Source of the DNA: Eledone cirrhosa
Taxonomy: Eukaryota
Direction: 5' to 3'
Length of the DNA: 64,000 bases
Assembly: GCA_964016885.1 (NCBI GenBank)
Contig: OZ024742.1
Coordinates: 259,160,001-259,224,000, forward strand
The notes beneath the pieces were generated by a model. That model was not told the origin of the DNA. It saw nothing but the letters and a program-made list of their open reading frames with translations, and searched no databases. Position numbers and translations under genes: made by a program. This document shows, piece after piece, positions 12,823 to 27,559 of the stretch. The number at the start of each line of letters is the position of its first letter. The stretch's first letter is position 1.

Positions 12823-14087
12823 ACATACGTATATATATATATATGTGTGTGTGTGTGTCTATGCATGTATGCATTATAGTGGGGTATTGATTGGTTGATT
12901 GATTAGGTCTCCGTCTTCGTTTATTGCCGAATGTTTACGGATAATGTTTTTTAAATCGACAATATATTTTGACTACCGTTGTGGGGGTTACATCAAAACG
13001 TTCTCAATATTCCCAAGAAAGATGATAACATTCACCACATAATTTCACAGAAAAGCAATTTACTCTGATAGAACTAATCGACGTTGATTTCCCCATTCAC
13101 GGTATGTGTGTAGATAGATATGTTTCTACGTATGTATGCATATATGTGGGCTTAACTTATTTGGGCTGTACCAATTTCTATGTATACAAATATGTCAGTA
13201 TTTATGTGTGTGTATATGAGTGTTATATGTACGTATGCAGGAATGTGTACATGTATGCAACTGTGTCTATTCATATATGAATGATATGTATGAACGGGGG
13301 AATGCGTGTGTATGTTTAAAATATGTGTATTTATGTGTATGCATGTACGTTTGTATGTGAGCTTTAGTTATTTACTATGAAAGTGTGTATATACAAACGA
13401 GTGTGTGTATTTATATGTTTGTATGTATCAAATTGTGTTTGTTTCATTGTATGTATCTGAACGTTTATAGTTAGATGTCTACATAAACGTATATATCAAT
13501 GTGTGTACCCGAATGTGTCTGTATATATACAGGTGTGTATGTTTATACAAGTCTGTGTATACACCTGTGTGTATGTATATATGTGTGTGTGTCTATCCGT
13601 TGGTATACAAATGTCTGAGTAGGCAAATATATAAATATATTAGTTTGTTCAAATATATGTACACGTATATGTGAGGGGACATAAATACTCGGTTAGGTGC
13701 CTGAGCGCGTGGTTAACCCACCGGGAAAGAGAGATACCCTCCTGTTCCTGTTGGAAGGAGAACTAATATACAATCTGCAACTCTATGACAGCCAATGAAC
13801 AAGTTTTCTTCTTTTTTTTTATATACCTGTCTCGATTTTTCAGCGAGTGAGGCACTTCATCGTAAAAAAGCTTCAAGCGCAGGCATCACTTAATCTAAAC
13901 GACTTTCACTTGTGTTGTGCGAGCATCGCCCTTCTAAATATGTTAGCTAGTCCAACTCTGGGGTTGCATTGAGAACATTAAAAGCTGGTATTTATTGCTA
14001 TCCTACCATGAATTAATTTTATTGGTCTTTTTCTGAATTCTTTCTATCTTATTTCAATGGGGCATGTCACATTCGCATACATATCAC

Positions 14088-14196
<109 letters not shown>

Positions 14197-14973
14197 AGTA
14201 GGGGGGCATAAAGTAGGTTTGTTTAGAAACAGCTACCGAATTTGAAAATTCGGTAGTAAATCAGAAACCTTTATCATAGCATCACCAGCCCAAATGTTTA
14301 AGGAGTTTGCTTAGCTATCATTATGTGCCAGGTTCAATCCCACTACCTAATATATTGGACAAGTATTATTTAACATTGTTTCAGATAGAATCTTGACTTG
14401 TGAGAGAAAGTGTGAAGATGGAAACTGTTTCGAAGCGAGTTAGATGAACTCTACATCTAATTCAAACGGCTAGCCATGTCGCACAATATCATGAGAATTA
14501 TGTTAAGGGTAAACCTGTCTGAGGAGTACTCTGCCACTTACACCTTAACTTCATGAGCACGTCGTTCCATTGATTGAACAATTGGAACACTCATCTTCGA
14601 AACCGATGGTGGTCCATTCCACTCCGGAACTAGTTATGTCTGCCTTTAAACATAATGTTTAGTGTTATTGTGTGTATTTCATTGCGTGTATATCGTATCC
14701 AGGCTACGGTTGAATGATGTCTAAACAAGAATCGATAGGCAAACGTGTTTAGCAGTAAATATGCTCAGTGAACCACCACTTCAAGTCAAACGTAAAATAG
14801 TGTCCGTACGTGATTCCATATTATGTTTACTAATTGTATCCATTGATGGCTGTTTGTTATTGATAGTCGAAAATGGAGGAATATCAATGAGTTTGGCAGC
14901 AATTTTCTTTTTTTATGGATCCTCATTTGTATTACACGACATCACAGCCATATAATGAAACAATATATAAATG

Positions 14974-15009
<36 letters not shown>

Positions 15010-15375
15010 ATGTGTGTGTGTGCGTGTGTGTATGTACTCGTGTATGTGTATGTATGTGCGTGTGTGTGTTGTAATATTTAAAAATACGCATAGTTTTCGA
15101 TTGTACTGTGAGGCGTTTATATACGCATATAAGTAGATTTCCTGCCTCTGACCCCAAATCTTACAACAACCTCCCTCTCTCAATCTTTCTCCCCTCTCCC
15201 CACTCTCACTCTCCCTCTTTGCAATCGCTACTACTTGCTTCTTCAAACTGACTGCTCTCATGTACTTGGCCAATCTAGTATGGAGGGTTGCAGACCTGTG
15301 GTGTGCAACCCTCCATACTACACCCTGAACGCTATGTCCAATTGCTGCTGGTCAGATAGATGGCACTATCTAGAA

Positions 15376-15866
15376 CAAAGGTTCTCAAGGGGGGGAGGGC
15401 ATATGCCCCCCCCGGGAGGCGTCTCGGAGCTCCAGGGTGGGGGGTCGTTTTGGAGCAAGGGGGCGTGGGGGGGTGAAGATTAGGGGGGCGCTGGAAGCCC
15501 CTTTAGTTTGGCAAGTTTTATAAGTCATATTTGGACGTCTCTTAGACAGCCAGTGTGAATGCATTTGAATGAAGAAAACGAAGAAAATAAATAAAAGAAG
15601 CTTGTCAACGAATTCCCTAGGGAGATAAAAGAAAAACAAAATAAATCAAAGAAGATGAAAATAAAAACGTCAACTTTTATAACAGTTACAAGACCAACTT
15701 CAACAGAATTGACAACAAAAAGAAGCAATGGTGGTGAAAGGTGTGGATGAATATATATACATACATACGAACATACACACACATGCGTACTTACATACAT
15801 ATATACACACACACATATATATACACACACAGGCCGGCGTTAGTGTTTGCTGAGGTTGAGAACCTG
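15376..15866. mobile_element. Possible hAT-like non-autonomous element
   Basis: CAAAGGTTCTCAA after ATCTAGAA and TTGAGAACC at about 15856; GC-rich subterminal region; no matching TSD on the right. Confidence 0.3.
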
Positions 15867-16049
15867 GTCGTCTTTCAACCAGAGCTTGGTATTTAATCTC
15901 CCTAGGTAATAAAATCTGGAGACATCATTACCAAAAAAAACAACATAAATCATGTCAGCATACTTACACACTTAAATATAAATGCATGTATATATATATA
16001 CAAATGTATAAATGCATAGCTATATACATACGTAAATGTATGTATGTAG

Positions 16050-16094
<45 letters not shown>

Positions 16095-16457
16095 TTACAT
16101 ACATATATATATGTGTGTATGTGTATAATATATATATTATACACACACATATATATATTTATATATATATATATATATGCGCAGTGTGACAAGTAGCTTG
16201 CTTCCAGACCACATATTTCCGGGTTCAGTCCCACTGCCCGGGCCGACCGAAGCCATGTGAGTGGGTTTGATAGACCGAAACTAAAGGAAGCCCGTCGTAT
16301 ATATGTATGTATGCCTGTGAGTGTCTTTGCGTTTCTGTTTGCCCTCCCACCAATGCTTGTTGGTTTGTTGACGTCTCCATAACTTACCAAGGTGATGCTC
16401 CAGCATGGGCGTAGTCCAGAGACAGAAAAAAAGTAAAGTATATATGTGTGTGTAGAA

Positions 16458-16858
16458 GAGGGGTCTCAAACTCAAGGACACAAAAGGGCCATTACGTCCT
16501 GTAGGAGAGGCACGGTGGGCCAAATGGTGGTAGGTGAAGATTTTCTCCAGTTATAATCAATTTTACTATACGAACAAGGCATGAAATCTGGGGTTTAGGG
16601 TTCAGTCGATTACATCGATCCTAGTACACAACTGGTACTTAATTCATTGACCCCAAAAGGATGAAAGGCAAAGTTGAGATCGGCGAAATTTGAACTCAGA
16701 ACGTAAAAACGGAAGAAGTGCCTTTAAGCCTTTCTCCAGATGTGCTAACGATTCCACCAGCTCACCGCCTTATTTTCACCAGTTATAATGCAATATGACA
16801 TATTGGTTTACCACGGGCCACAGAAAAGTAGTTCGCGGGCCGCATATTTTAGCCCCGT
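16458..16858. mobile_element. Possible hAT-like MITE interrupted by a family A-like SINE (16558-16770, minus, TSD CCAGTTATAAT)
   Basis: GGGTCTCAAACTC near the start, GGGCC motifs, GCGGGCCGCA near the end; the SINE and its TSD are clear. Confidence 0.45.
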
Positions 16859-16883
16859 GTCGGAGATAGATAGATGCATAGAT

Positions 16884-17472
16884 ATCTTTCTTTATTTGCC
16901 ACAGGGGCGTACAAAAAGGAGACATTACAAGACGTGACATCGGGTGTTTTACATAAAAATAACTTTAACATTAATAAATAACAATAAATTATATATAATA
17001 AAATAACAATTGAAATCCCCAATAGGGGGGAACGTTACTGCAGAGTTGTTTTACACCCCGTGGAAAGAACAACCCTCAACACCAGGAACAGGTTTTGTAG
17101 GTGTTCCTGTCTTTCCTCTGTTTATCTTCCTCAACCTACAGGTTTATATACAGAGAAGGCCCATGCATAGATAGATAGATAGACAACTTTCTTTTTATTT
17201 GCCACCAGGGCATCAAAAAGTGGGACAAGTACAATGGGGGGAGTTTACATAAAAAGGCGTCCTCAATAAGGAGGAGGCAATAACAAAATATAAAAATAAA
17301 ATATAAAATATAACAAAAATGAATTTAATAACAAAATCCTCAATAGGGAGGAGAGGTGCCTTGGGGGATCGCACACACCCCCGAAAAAAAGTGTGCAACC
17401 CTTCTCCTCGGGAGCACAGAGAAGGGGTGGTCCCTTGATCTTTCATCTTCCTCACCTATAGAGTGAAGGCCC

Positions 17473-17475
<3 letters not shown>
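16884..17475 (-). mobile_element. Two diverged tandem LINE-like 3' ends within (TAGA)n
   Basis: Both start TTTCTTT(TT)ATTTGCCAC and share AATCC.CAATAGGG, CACCCC, TCTTCCTCA.CCTA.AG and GAAGGCCCA, each bounded by TAGA repeats; a ~30-bp version lies at 4170-4200. Confidence 0.65.
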
Positions 17476-17516
<41 letters not shown>

Positions 17517-17723
17517 CGTGTACCAAAGACACACACACATTTCTTACTCTCTCTGCCCCTCCCTATTTCTCTCTTCATTTATATATATATATAGATAGAT
17601 AGATTTTGAGTACATGTTGGTTGTATACCTTTATCCATAGTGACTTAAGTCCGGCTGTCACCGAACTATATATAGCAGTAGTAAACGAAGCTAAATTTTA
17701 AACATTTGACTTTTTATTTAACT

Positions 17724-17755
<32 letters not shown>

Positions 17756-17756
<1 letters not shown>

Positions 17757-17880
17757 GTTTCTACTTTTGTCACAAGGCCAGGGATTACCCCAGTGCACCA
17801 CTGGTACTTTATTTTATCGACCTCGTGTGGATGAAAGGCAAAGTTAACCTCGGCGGATTTGAACTCAGAACGCAAAGGGC
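17756..17880 (-). mobile_element. SINE family A, 5'-truncated
   Basis: GTTTCTACTTTTGTCACAAGGCCAG...GGATTTGAACTCAGAACG. Confidence 0.85.
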
Positions 17881-19302
17881 CATATATATATAGCGTTGTT
17901 ATTTGGCCTTTGACCTGGCAATACAAACTGGAGACAAAATTCTTTCTGTACCAAAACCAAGGCACACACACACACAAGTTTGTGTGTGTGTGTATGTATA
18001 TGTGTGTGTGTGTATGTGTGTGTGTGTGTATGTGTGTGTGTGCATGCACGTTTATGTGTGTCTGGGTGTGTGTGTATGTGTGTGTATCTATCTATGTATA
18101 TATATAAGGAATACAGATATTGCTTTCTCACTGTCACCAAGCTTCTCAATTCATTCGTTGCTACTAAGTATTTTATTTTGCTACGAGTTATTTTATTTTG
18201 CAAGGTACTATTTTCCCCCTGAGTTTGTGATTTCAGCGAAAAAAGAAATTCTTCATATCTTGCATCTTTTGTATTTTGACTTTACAGTTTGAATTGTAGA
18301 ATTGTCTATCCACTTAAAATATTACAATAGCTAACAGTGAAATATAGAATTAAAAAAAAAAGAAGCTTTTTCGACTGAGATCAAATCTTTGAGATCATTC
18401 ACGTCTATTTTTCAAAAATATATAATTTGAAATAGTTTGCTTTTGTTTTGGACTGAAACATATTGTATTTAATTCGTACGTGTATTTTTTAAAGATTATA
18501 ACATAACTTGATTTGGCACAGTAACCTACTGATATCAAAATTAGTAGTATATTGAAAAAGAGAAATGGGTTGAGAACATTTGATCTAGAATGTCATCCAA
18601 ACATATGTTATTTAAACCAACACCAATTTGCAATAGTTTGCCTAACTCAATATAACCTCCCGAATCTCATTGGTTTCGTGGGTGGGGAAGGAGCCCCCCC
18701 CCCCCTCCCCCGTCCATGCACATTGCCCCTTTTTCCTATTCTAAAACTTATAACTTATATGATTAATCTAATCACAAGTAAATGCGTCCAATTATAATTG
18801 TGTAAATATGTAAGGTAACTTCCGCACAACCTATCGTAGACACATATACACATAAGTGTAAATGCCTGCACTCAACAGCACACATGCATGCATGCGTCTC
18901 ATTGAAAGACAATTAATAACTGAATTTATAAATGATTATATGCAAATAAATACCAATAATAATTCAAATGCAATTAATATTAATAATACATGAGAATAAT
19001 TCCACGCGTATTAAGTCAATTAGTTCATAGCTAAACAAATAATTGCAAATATATGCAAACGATACATACATTGTTGAATATTAGCCTGCACGTGTACCAC
19101 ATATTACAGTGTGGTGTTTCGAATCTGGATTTCCTAACAGTAACATTATAAGTTATCCTCTGTGAGATAGGACCATTCTGTTACAATGAGGAGATTACAT
19201 GTTAGCTTAGGCTTAATGTATGTCACGTTGTATTTGAGAGTTTTAATACCATGTACAGACGCTTCCATCTTAAAACACTTCATATCAAACCGTGTGAAAT
19301 TC

Positions 19303-19840
19303 CTCATAGTTCTCAGAGTCAACCAGAGAATACCTTCTTTATTTAAGGCTCTTAACATCTCGAGGCGGATTTCATCTTCCCCAGTGGCCTTTCCACATTT
19401 GAGCTCTTTTACTGCTCTTTTGACGTCAGCCTCCGAGAGAGTAGTCATCGCTCCCAGATGCACCTCGCGTACATGAGAGAATACTCTTGTGATCTGTTTT
19501 AGAAGATCAGCAAATTACTCTCTCCACATAGCGAGGATGCACCACTCTCAGAAGCCCAAACGCATTCTTGATAACAGATGTGGAGAGGGATTCTTATTAC
19601 GAAAGCGGCAGATTGTCTGTCAGAAAACTTTATTGGCTGATCTGGGCAAATTTTACGCGCAAATTCAACAGGCAGGAGACCCAGGGAAGATCCCGAGTAA
19701 AATAGCTCACTGGTATTGCTTGGGGATCCAGCCGCATCAGTTGGAGAGGGTTGCTTCTGACATAACCCTCTGGGAGGACTGGTCGAGGACTGCTCACACA
19801 ACTCTCGCCTGAATATGTGAACGGGGAAAAAGAAGATTTT
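19303..19840. mobile_element. RTE-type LINE remnants in opposite orientations
   Basis: Minus 19303-19470 encodes EADVKRAVKELKCGKATGEDEIRLEML (pre-RT region); plus 19490-19812 encodes GRRPR and LGIQPHQLERVASDITLW (C-terminal region). Confidence 0.7.
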
Positions 19841-19944
19841 AAATCTATAGGCTGTTTTCATTAGATATGTGGTAAGAAAAGCGGCTTGTAGCTGATCATT
19901 CAAGAACACGTGAATACTTGTCTTAATATCTCAGGGAGATTTGG

Positions 19945-20240
19945 TGTTCCGCTCACTATCATATGGTCACAACTTTGATTTATTGTGGTACGTTGCAAGC
20001 CAACAATCACATCAGTTCACGCTGCTCTAGTCAACTCCGGTGGAAAACTTTGTTATACTGGTAATTCAAATTACAAGACTTGTAACTTATCACGATAAGT
20101 TACAAGTCTTGTAATTTGAATTACCAGTATAACAAAGTTTTCCACCGGAGTTGACTAGAGCAGCGTGAACTGATGTGATTGCTGGCGTGCAACGTACCAC
20201 AGTAAATCGAATTTGTGACGATATGATAGTGAGCGGAACA
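19945..20240. repeat. Palindrome with ~147-bp arms and a 2-nt loop
   Basis: ...ACAAGACTTGTAACTTATC-ac-GATAAGTTACAAGTCTTGT...; the outer part resembles a decayed family B SINE. Confidence 0.95.
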
Positions 20241-20923
20241 ACATACACTTTGACCATGAATTATATACGAAACTATAGCTTTGACATACACAACAGTGCT
20301 ATTCAACTGTGAGAGGTTTGGCTTAATTGTTAAAGCGCTCCGGTCATGATCTTAAGGTCATATGATTCATTCGTAACGGTGCATGATCTCCCTTAACATG
20401 TCTTATTTCAAAATGCTCCAGAACGCTTAGCTGGAACATACGTAGAGTACCTATATTTCAAAGGGCAACCTTATCATATTTATTCGTCAGGGACACTTAT
20501 CGTCAGAATCTATGGATGCCCAGCAGAAGAGAAAGAATATATCATTTGTTAAAGCTACTACAAGTGCAGACATAATAAACATTTACATAGTTCGCTATGT
20601 CTGAAAGTTTAGTAACCATTGGATATTATACGATTTCTAACTGCTACATTCAACGTTCATCACAAGCTAAACGTAATCATAACATCATAAAGTGAAAAGC
20701 ATAATATCTAGTAGAGAAATAAGTCATTGAAACACGATATATTTAACATTCATTGTTACATTCATATGAATAATATATATACCATCTAGAACTAACAATA
20801 GTTTTTAGAGCATAGCATTAGATAGGCAACAGCATATTATATATATGTGCCTTGCAGCAGCTGAAAGAGCAAGTTCACGAACAATGAAATGATGGTGGTA
20901 ATGAAAACCAGGATATATATATG

Positions 20924-20993
<70 letters not shown>

Positions 20994-21061
20994 TGTGTCT
21001 GTGTGTGTGTGTGTGTGCCATATACGTACATACACACATACAAGTATATACATATATATAT

Positions 21062-21102
<41 letters not shown>

Positions 21103-21146
21103 CATACAATTATAAATATATATACATATCTGTACACACACACACT

Positions 21147-21217
<71 letters not shown>

Positions 21218-21556
21218 TGTGCGCATGCGTGTGTGTAAAGCCATGAAAAGGAAAACCAGTTTAGTTTTAAGTAGAATAGAGTAGTGAAAACATTCAATAA
21301 AATGGACAAATTATTGATTGTGGTCGAGAAAACTGGTGAACAAGTCGTTGGAATAATATTCAATAAGTCAATAAAGAGTGTTTATTGTAAAGCAGCAGTC
21401 TAGATACTTTGAGGCTGAATAGGAAACATTGCATTGTAAATGATCAGCAGGCTGGGAACTTTGCAGATAAACCGACGTTTGCTGATGTTGCATTGCACTG
21501 AAGTCGTTTGTTAGACTCTGGTAGGAATGCTGGATTTTGGCAGCAATGAATATATG

Positions 21557-21615
<59 letters not shown>

Positions 21616-21823
21616 CACGGTGCTTAATGACTAGACCACGATTATATGTATTATATTTAACATCGCAATAGATATATATACCATCATAAGCGTGTGTGTG
21701 CTTGTGAGCATTTGTATGAGTCGTGTACCAGGTTTGGGTACCAAAATACATATGGCTTATAATAAATACAACTCTACTAGATGTTTCGGCTCAACATATA
21801 TTTTCGTACCAATAAACCTATAA

Positions 21824-23573
21824 CACCGTGTAACATATTTTTTGTTCCCCGGTTCTAAGTGTCATTCCATGGTTTGTTATATACCATTATTATTTAAAAA
21901 AAACACTATTATTTAATCAGAACTTTGGGTGTGTGGTCAGGAGTTTGATATTTCGAAATTGTCATATTTTTCAAGAAAAAACACTATTTTGTTTTTAATT
22001 TATCACTTCATATAATTAAATAACAGAGTATCTATTTATTTTATTACACAAGCTTATCAAAAGAAAACAAGTAAAAACAAATAACACTTATAAAGTAACT
22101 TATACACGTCAGAAATGACTGGATTTCCTGGATTTGCGGTTGTAGTGCTGGTCGCCTTCCCGCACTAGCCCCCAGATATAGTCCCCCATCATTTTTTCAT
22201 TGTAGTGGCCCTGTTACCTCCGCTCTAACTCTTTCACATCTTGGTGGAATCGTTCGCCTTGTTCTTCTGAGTAGGCGCCCATATTGTCCTTGAATTTTTC
22301 CAGGTAAGCGTCCAGCATATGGAGTTTAAGCGACATCCTGCATCCCATGGCGCCAAAAGCCTTTATCAGATCCTGCACCAGTTGCTGGTAGTTTTCAGTG
22401 CTGTAGTTGCCCAGGAAGCCCTTAACAACTGCCTTGAAATAGTTCCATGCTGTTCTCTCAATCCTATTGCGCTTATTTGAGAACTCGGTAGTAGACTCAA
22501 ACACCTTCTTTATCTGAGGTCCACAAAAATTCCACCTTTGATCTTGGCCTCAGATAACTTGGGGAAGAACTCAAGAAGGTACTTAAAAGCGGCTGATTCT
22601 TGGTTGAGAGACTTCACAAACTGCTTCATCAACCCCAACTTAATGTGCAGTGGCGGCATGAGCACTATCCTGGGATCAACCAGTGGCTCCCACATGACGT
22701 TCCGGATCCCAAATACAAATTCTGTTCGCTGCTCCAAGTTCTTTCTTTTGTAGTGGTCAGAGGTGCTTCCGCTGTCCCAAAGGCAAAGGAAGCATTGGAA
22801 TTTGATAAAGCCTCCTTGGAGTCCAAGCAAGAAAGCCACCATCTTGAAGTCTCCAATGATTTCCTAATTGTACAAGTTGAATTGCATAGCTTCCAAGAGG
22901 ACTTCCACACTAGTAATCTTCCTTCAGGCAGACTGAATGAACTAGGGGCAGTGTCGGGAAAGTATTTCCATTGTGGAGGAGGACAGCCTTCAAAATTGTG
23001 GTGGAGCTGTCTATAAATAGCCGCCACTCCTTGGGCACAAACGGCACATCAATAACATCAAACTGTCCAGGCACGTCATGGCAGAAGCAGAGGCCATCCC
23101 TAAGAATGTAAAAGCCTGAGAAAGGTTCGTGTCGACTTATCTGACTTGTCACCTGCACTTCCTCCTTGACCAAGTTCCACTGCTTCATCCTGGAGACGAA
23201 TGCTTAAAACACAACTTACCCTTTATTCAGGGTGCGAAAATCCAGTATCAATAAATCTCTTTAATCCACTTTTTAATAATTTTATACTTTATTGCACTTT
23301 TATAATTTTCTTTAGTTATTACGCTTTAATTTTATAATTTTAATTTAACCTGTAACATATATTTAAAAAAAATCATTTAACATAAGCAAATTAGACTTAC
23401 ATACAACGTAAAATCCAGCATACAAATAATTCTAGTGAATAGCTTAGAATTTTTACAAACCCAAACTTTTAACTGTTTAATAGCATTTTGCTTTATTTAT
23501 TTGGGACCTAAGCAACACAAAAGAGTGATTACAAGCCAGGAACAGAGAAAAAATAATTTTTTGTTACACGGTG
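21824..23573 (-). mobile_element. Chapaev3-like (CMC) DNA transposon, internally deleted
   Basis: TIRs CACCGTGTAACA and TGTTACACGGTG; TAA TSD at 21821-21823 and 23574-23576; transposase remnants inside. Confidence 0.8.
22095..23195 (-). pseudogene. Disrupted transposase
   Basis: Consecutive ORF pieces EWRLFIDSS..KAVLLHNGN, LLGLQGGFIKFQCFLCLWDS, PPLHIKLGLMKQFVK and GCRMSLKLHML..SEEQGERFHQD, broken by frameshifts and stops. Confidence 0.85.
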
Positions 23574-23598
23574 TAATCGATAATTCGCATCTAATCAT

Positions 23599-23672
<74 letters not shown>

Positions 23673-24059
23673 TCGTTGTCACGAGCCAATCGTACAACAG
23701 GATATATCACGAAATTATGCATAATAATGGATTGAATCGTAATATGGTCCCTACTAAATATAACGTCTACTTTATGCATCGAGTACGTTTGTACAATTGA
23801 CAAGGGTACGTAGACACATCATTTATATAACCTGAAAGTCAGCAATTGCAGTTCAACCCATTGTACCACCACATACACCTTTATATATATTGCTGATGTT
23901 GTCGGCCCGGGAGTTTCGTTTTCTGACTCTGATAGTTCATGATTACCTGCCCTTCAACTATACGCTAGGAAATGCTTTTGGACGGATTGTCGCTGTCACA
24001 ATTGTTTCTGGACCAATCTAGCATCAAATGGTTCAATGTAGCAAATAATAATTCCTGAC

Positions 24060-24320
24060 TAGCCCTATACATTCATAGTTGCTGACCGACCAATCATGTT
24101 TTACCTCTGTGTACGAGATGCATATAAAGCTTCAAAAGTACATATGTTCAAATACCTGGAATCTTTGTTCCAGGTCGGGTGTATGTGTTCAACTTCCACA
24201 TCCATACAGAAATGTCGATGTCACAACTTGTGTTCCCTGGAAAAACTGATGGAATTGATTTTTCATATAAAATTCATATAACAGTATATACAAGAAGTAC
24301 TCCTTGAAGACACGTGTATT
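24060..24320 (+). pseudogene. Possible highly decayed Penelope GIY-YIG C-terminal fragment
   Basis: NLCSLEKL resembles the C.LC..EK motif (compare CDLYITE at about 60895); PY upstream in another frame. Confidence 0.3.
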
Positions 24321-26012
24321 TCCCTCGTTATAATTTTCCCTTTACTTTTCGTAATGCGTATTATGACGTTCACCATTTCTCGAATAAGCAAGTATCTATT
24401 AATACCAGGTATGTTTGAAGATTTTTCACAAAAAAAAAACACCTAGTACTTTCTTATAGATAAAAAAAATATTCATATATTGTGAAGGTAAATGAAGAGT
24501 TTATTGAACAAATTATGTATAATGCAGAGACATGCATTCCTTTTCTATAGAGTTTATTTGGTTTTGATGTCTTAGATTTTTATTATCTTAGTACCATCCT
24601 ACTTCATGATAATAATAAACATAAAAGATTACTAGTATAATAATGCAATATTAAATATTTACTTAATCAGATATTCAAAAGGTTTTTCCTTAGAGAAAGC
24701 GATAATTAACTATAAATTATAGAAAAAAGTAAATAAATGCAAGTCTAGGAAACTAATGTATATTTTTACTGCAGCTTCAAAGGAACTTTACAAACCCATA
24801 AGGAATTTTTATACAAATATAAAAAAACTTTCCCAAGACTTATGAGAATTGTGCTTCGTATAGAAGATTGAGTTACTGTTTAAACACCAGAGATATGATT
24901 GTATGTTATGTATTATGCTGTCTGTCGTACAGGAATACTAATGTAAATATAGGGAACTTTGTTGAACCTAGTATCCAAGAAATACACAGCAGAGCCAAGC
25001 ATTTGCTTAGGAGTGTTTTAACTCTTGGTTATGTAAGGCATTCACTAAAGTTCTTATAAAGTCATTGATAATTGTAGCAGACAATGATGGGTAGAAAATT
25101 AGAATGATATATATATATATTGAAAACACTTAAATTTCAAAAATATCTAGACAAAGAGAGAACTTTAAATAGATATGATACACTAAATACAGCAAATCTA
25201 CCACAGCTTCCTCCTTTACCCACGGCTACAAAATAATTAATTACTTCATACCTACCTAAATTTAGCCACCTCTCCCACAGCTATTCCAATACTATTCAGA
25301 AATCCTTTAAGTCAAAACTCGTCTCAAACCTAACATATTACAGTTCACAATATTGTATCACCATTTACTTTTACTCACAATTCACTAAATTTAACATTTA
25401 AATTAATTTTTTAGATTTTTTTTATTTGTTAGTTTCTTTACATTTGATAGTATAGTTTTCAAAAAAAACTTATACTACTACTACTCTAAATTGCAATATA
25501 GCTGTGGGTGAGTGTATAATATTATAATCAGAATCGTAAGTAAATGCATTTTCGCGGACATCGTGTGAGCATGTAGGCGAGCAGAGGTGCCCGCATGTAG
25601 GTGTGTACATATTGATGTACACTTACATCCAGGGGCATCAGAGTGCATGGATGTATATGAATGAATATAGATGTGCACACCGATATGTGCATAGAGATAT
25701 GGGTATGTTTATCGCCTGTAGGTACATGTAATATATAGGGAAGTGAGGGCATCCAGATATACCTATGAATATATTAGCCTGTGTAAACGACACAGCGTAA
25801 AGTTTAATGTGTTTAATTAATACTTGTTTATAATATATATATATATATATATTATTGTCTCTCCACCACTCCCCCACCCACCCTCGGAACTCTCTTCCCA
25901 GCCTCTTTTCTATTGAAGAAGCGTCGCCCCCCCCCCCCCCCCACTCCCAAGAGCTTGAAACTAGTAAACCTTTGTCTGTACTTCCTCTCTGTTTTTGTTT
26001 CCGTTCCAGTTT

Positions 26013-26126
<114 letters not shown>

Positions 26127-26728
26127 CCATTTATGTTATGTTGTTGCAAACGTTGATGCAATGAATTAAAGCAATTGGCGTTATGCCGATAATCCATCGT
26201 AAATGTGGTATCCCATATCTTGTGCCGGAACGGATTTAAATAATAATTAAAAGCAACAGTCTCCACCGTCATGCTCCGCTGGTTTTCGGCTAATGTCTGA
26301 CACAGAGTTAAATACCCCTAGACTTCTGTACCAGTGGATTCCTTGGATGTGATTAATGAATGGCATTTTCTAACGACAGTAGAATTTCTGTCACCATCTA
26401 ATGACCACTATCCCCATTCATCGCACCTACTAACCCACAATACTTAGTATTGATTCCTGTGTGACATTTTGGGATCGTTTTTCGTACAAACAGCACCGAA
26501 TTGGCAAGCCATCCCTGAACAAAATCTATCTTCTATTTTCTATTCTCTGTGTTCGCCGTAATCCTGTTATCTGATATAATTAATTCTACAATCAACACCC
26601 AATAAAATCGCCAACATCTTACATCAGATATCGGATGATGAAACTGAGCCATTGAAATATGTATAGTGCTTTCGAGGAATCAAAATGTTCAGGTAAGATT
26701 CCAGTCCGGCCTTCTGTTGTTTCTAATG

Positions 26729-27423
<695 letters not shown>

Positions 27424-27510
27424 TTACCCAGTCTACTACCCTAAGTATTGAGTACTCTGGTGCGTTATAGTCCATCTGGTTCCTTCCTTACCACACCTCC
27501 TTCGTTATAT

Positions 27511-27559
<49 letters not shown>

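Noticed and set aside
22285-22310. TTTTTCCAG|GTAAGC as another recursive-splice-like motif
   Set aside because: It lies in antisense transposase coding sequence with a short pyrimidine tract, so it is likely incidental. The TTTGCAG|GTTAGC at about 2553 has a weak donor.
24868-25059. Possible decayed GIY-YIG N-terminal half (CYVLCCLSY..NIG)
   Set aside because: Too degenerate to call by eye.
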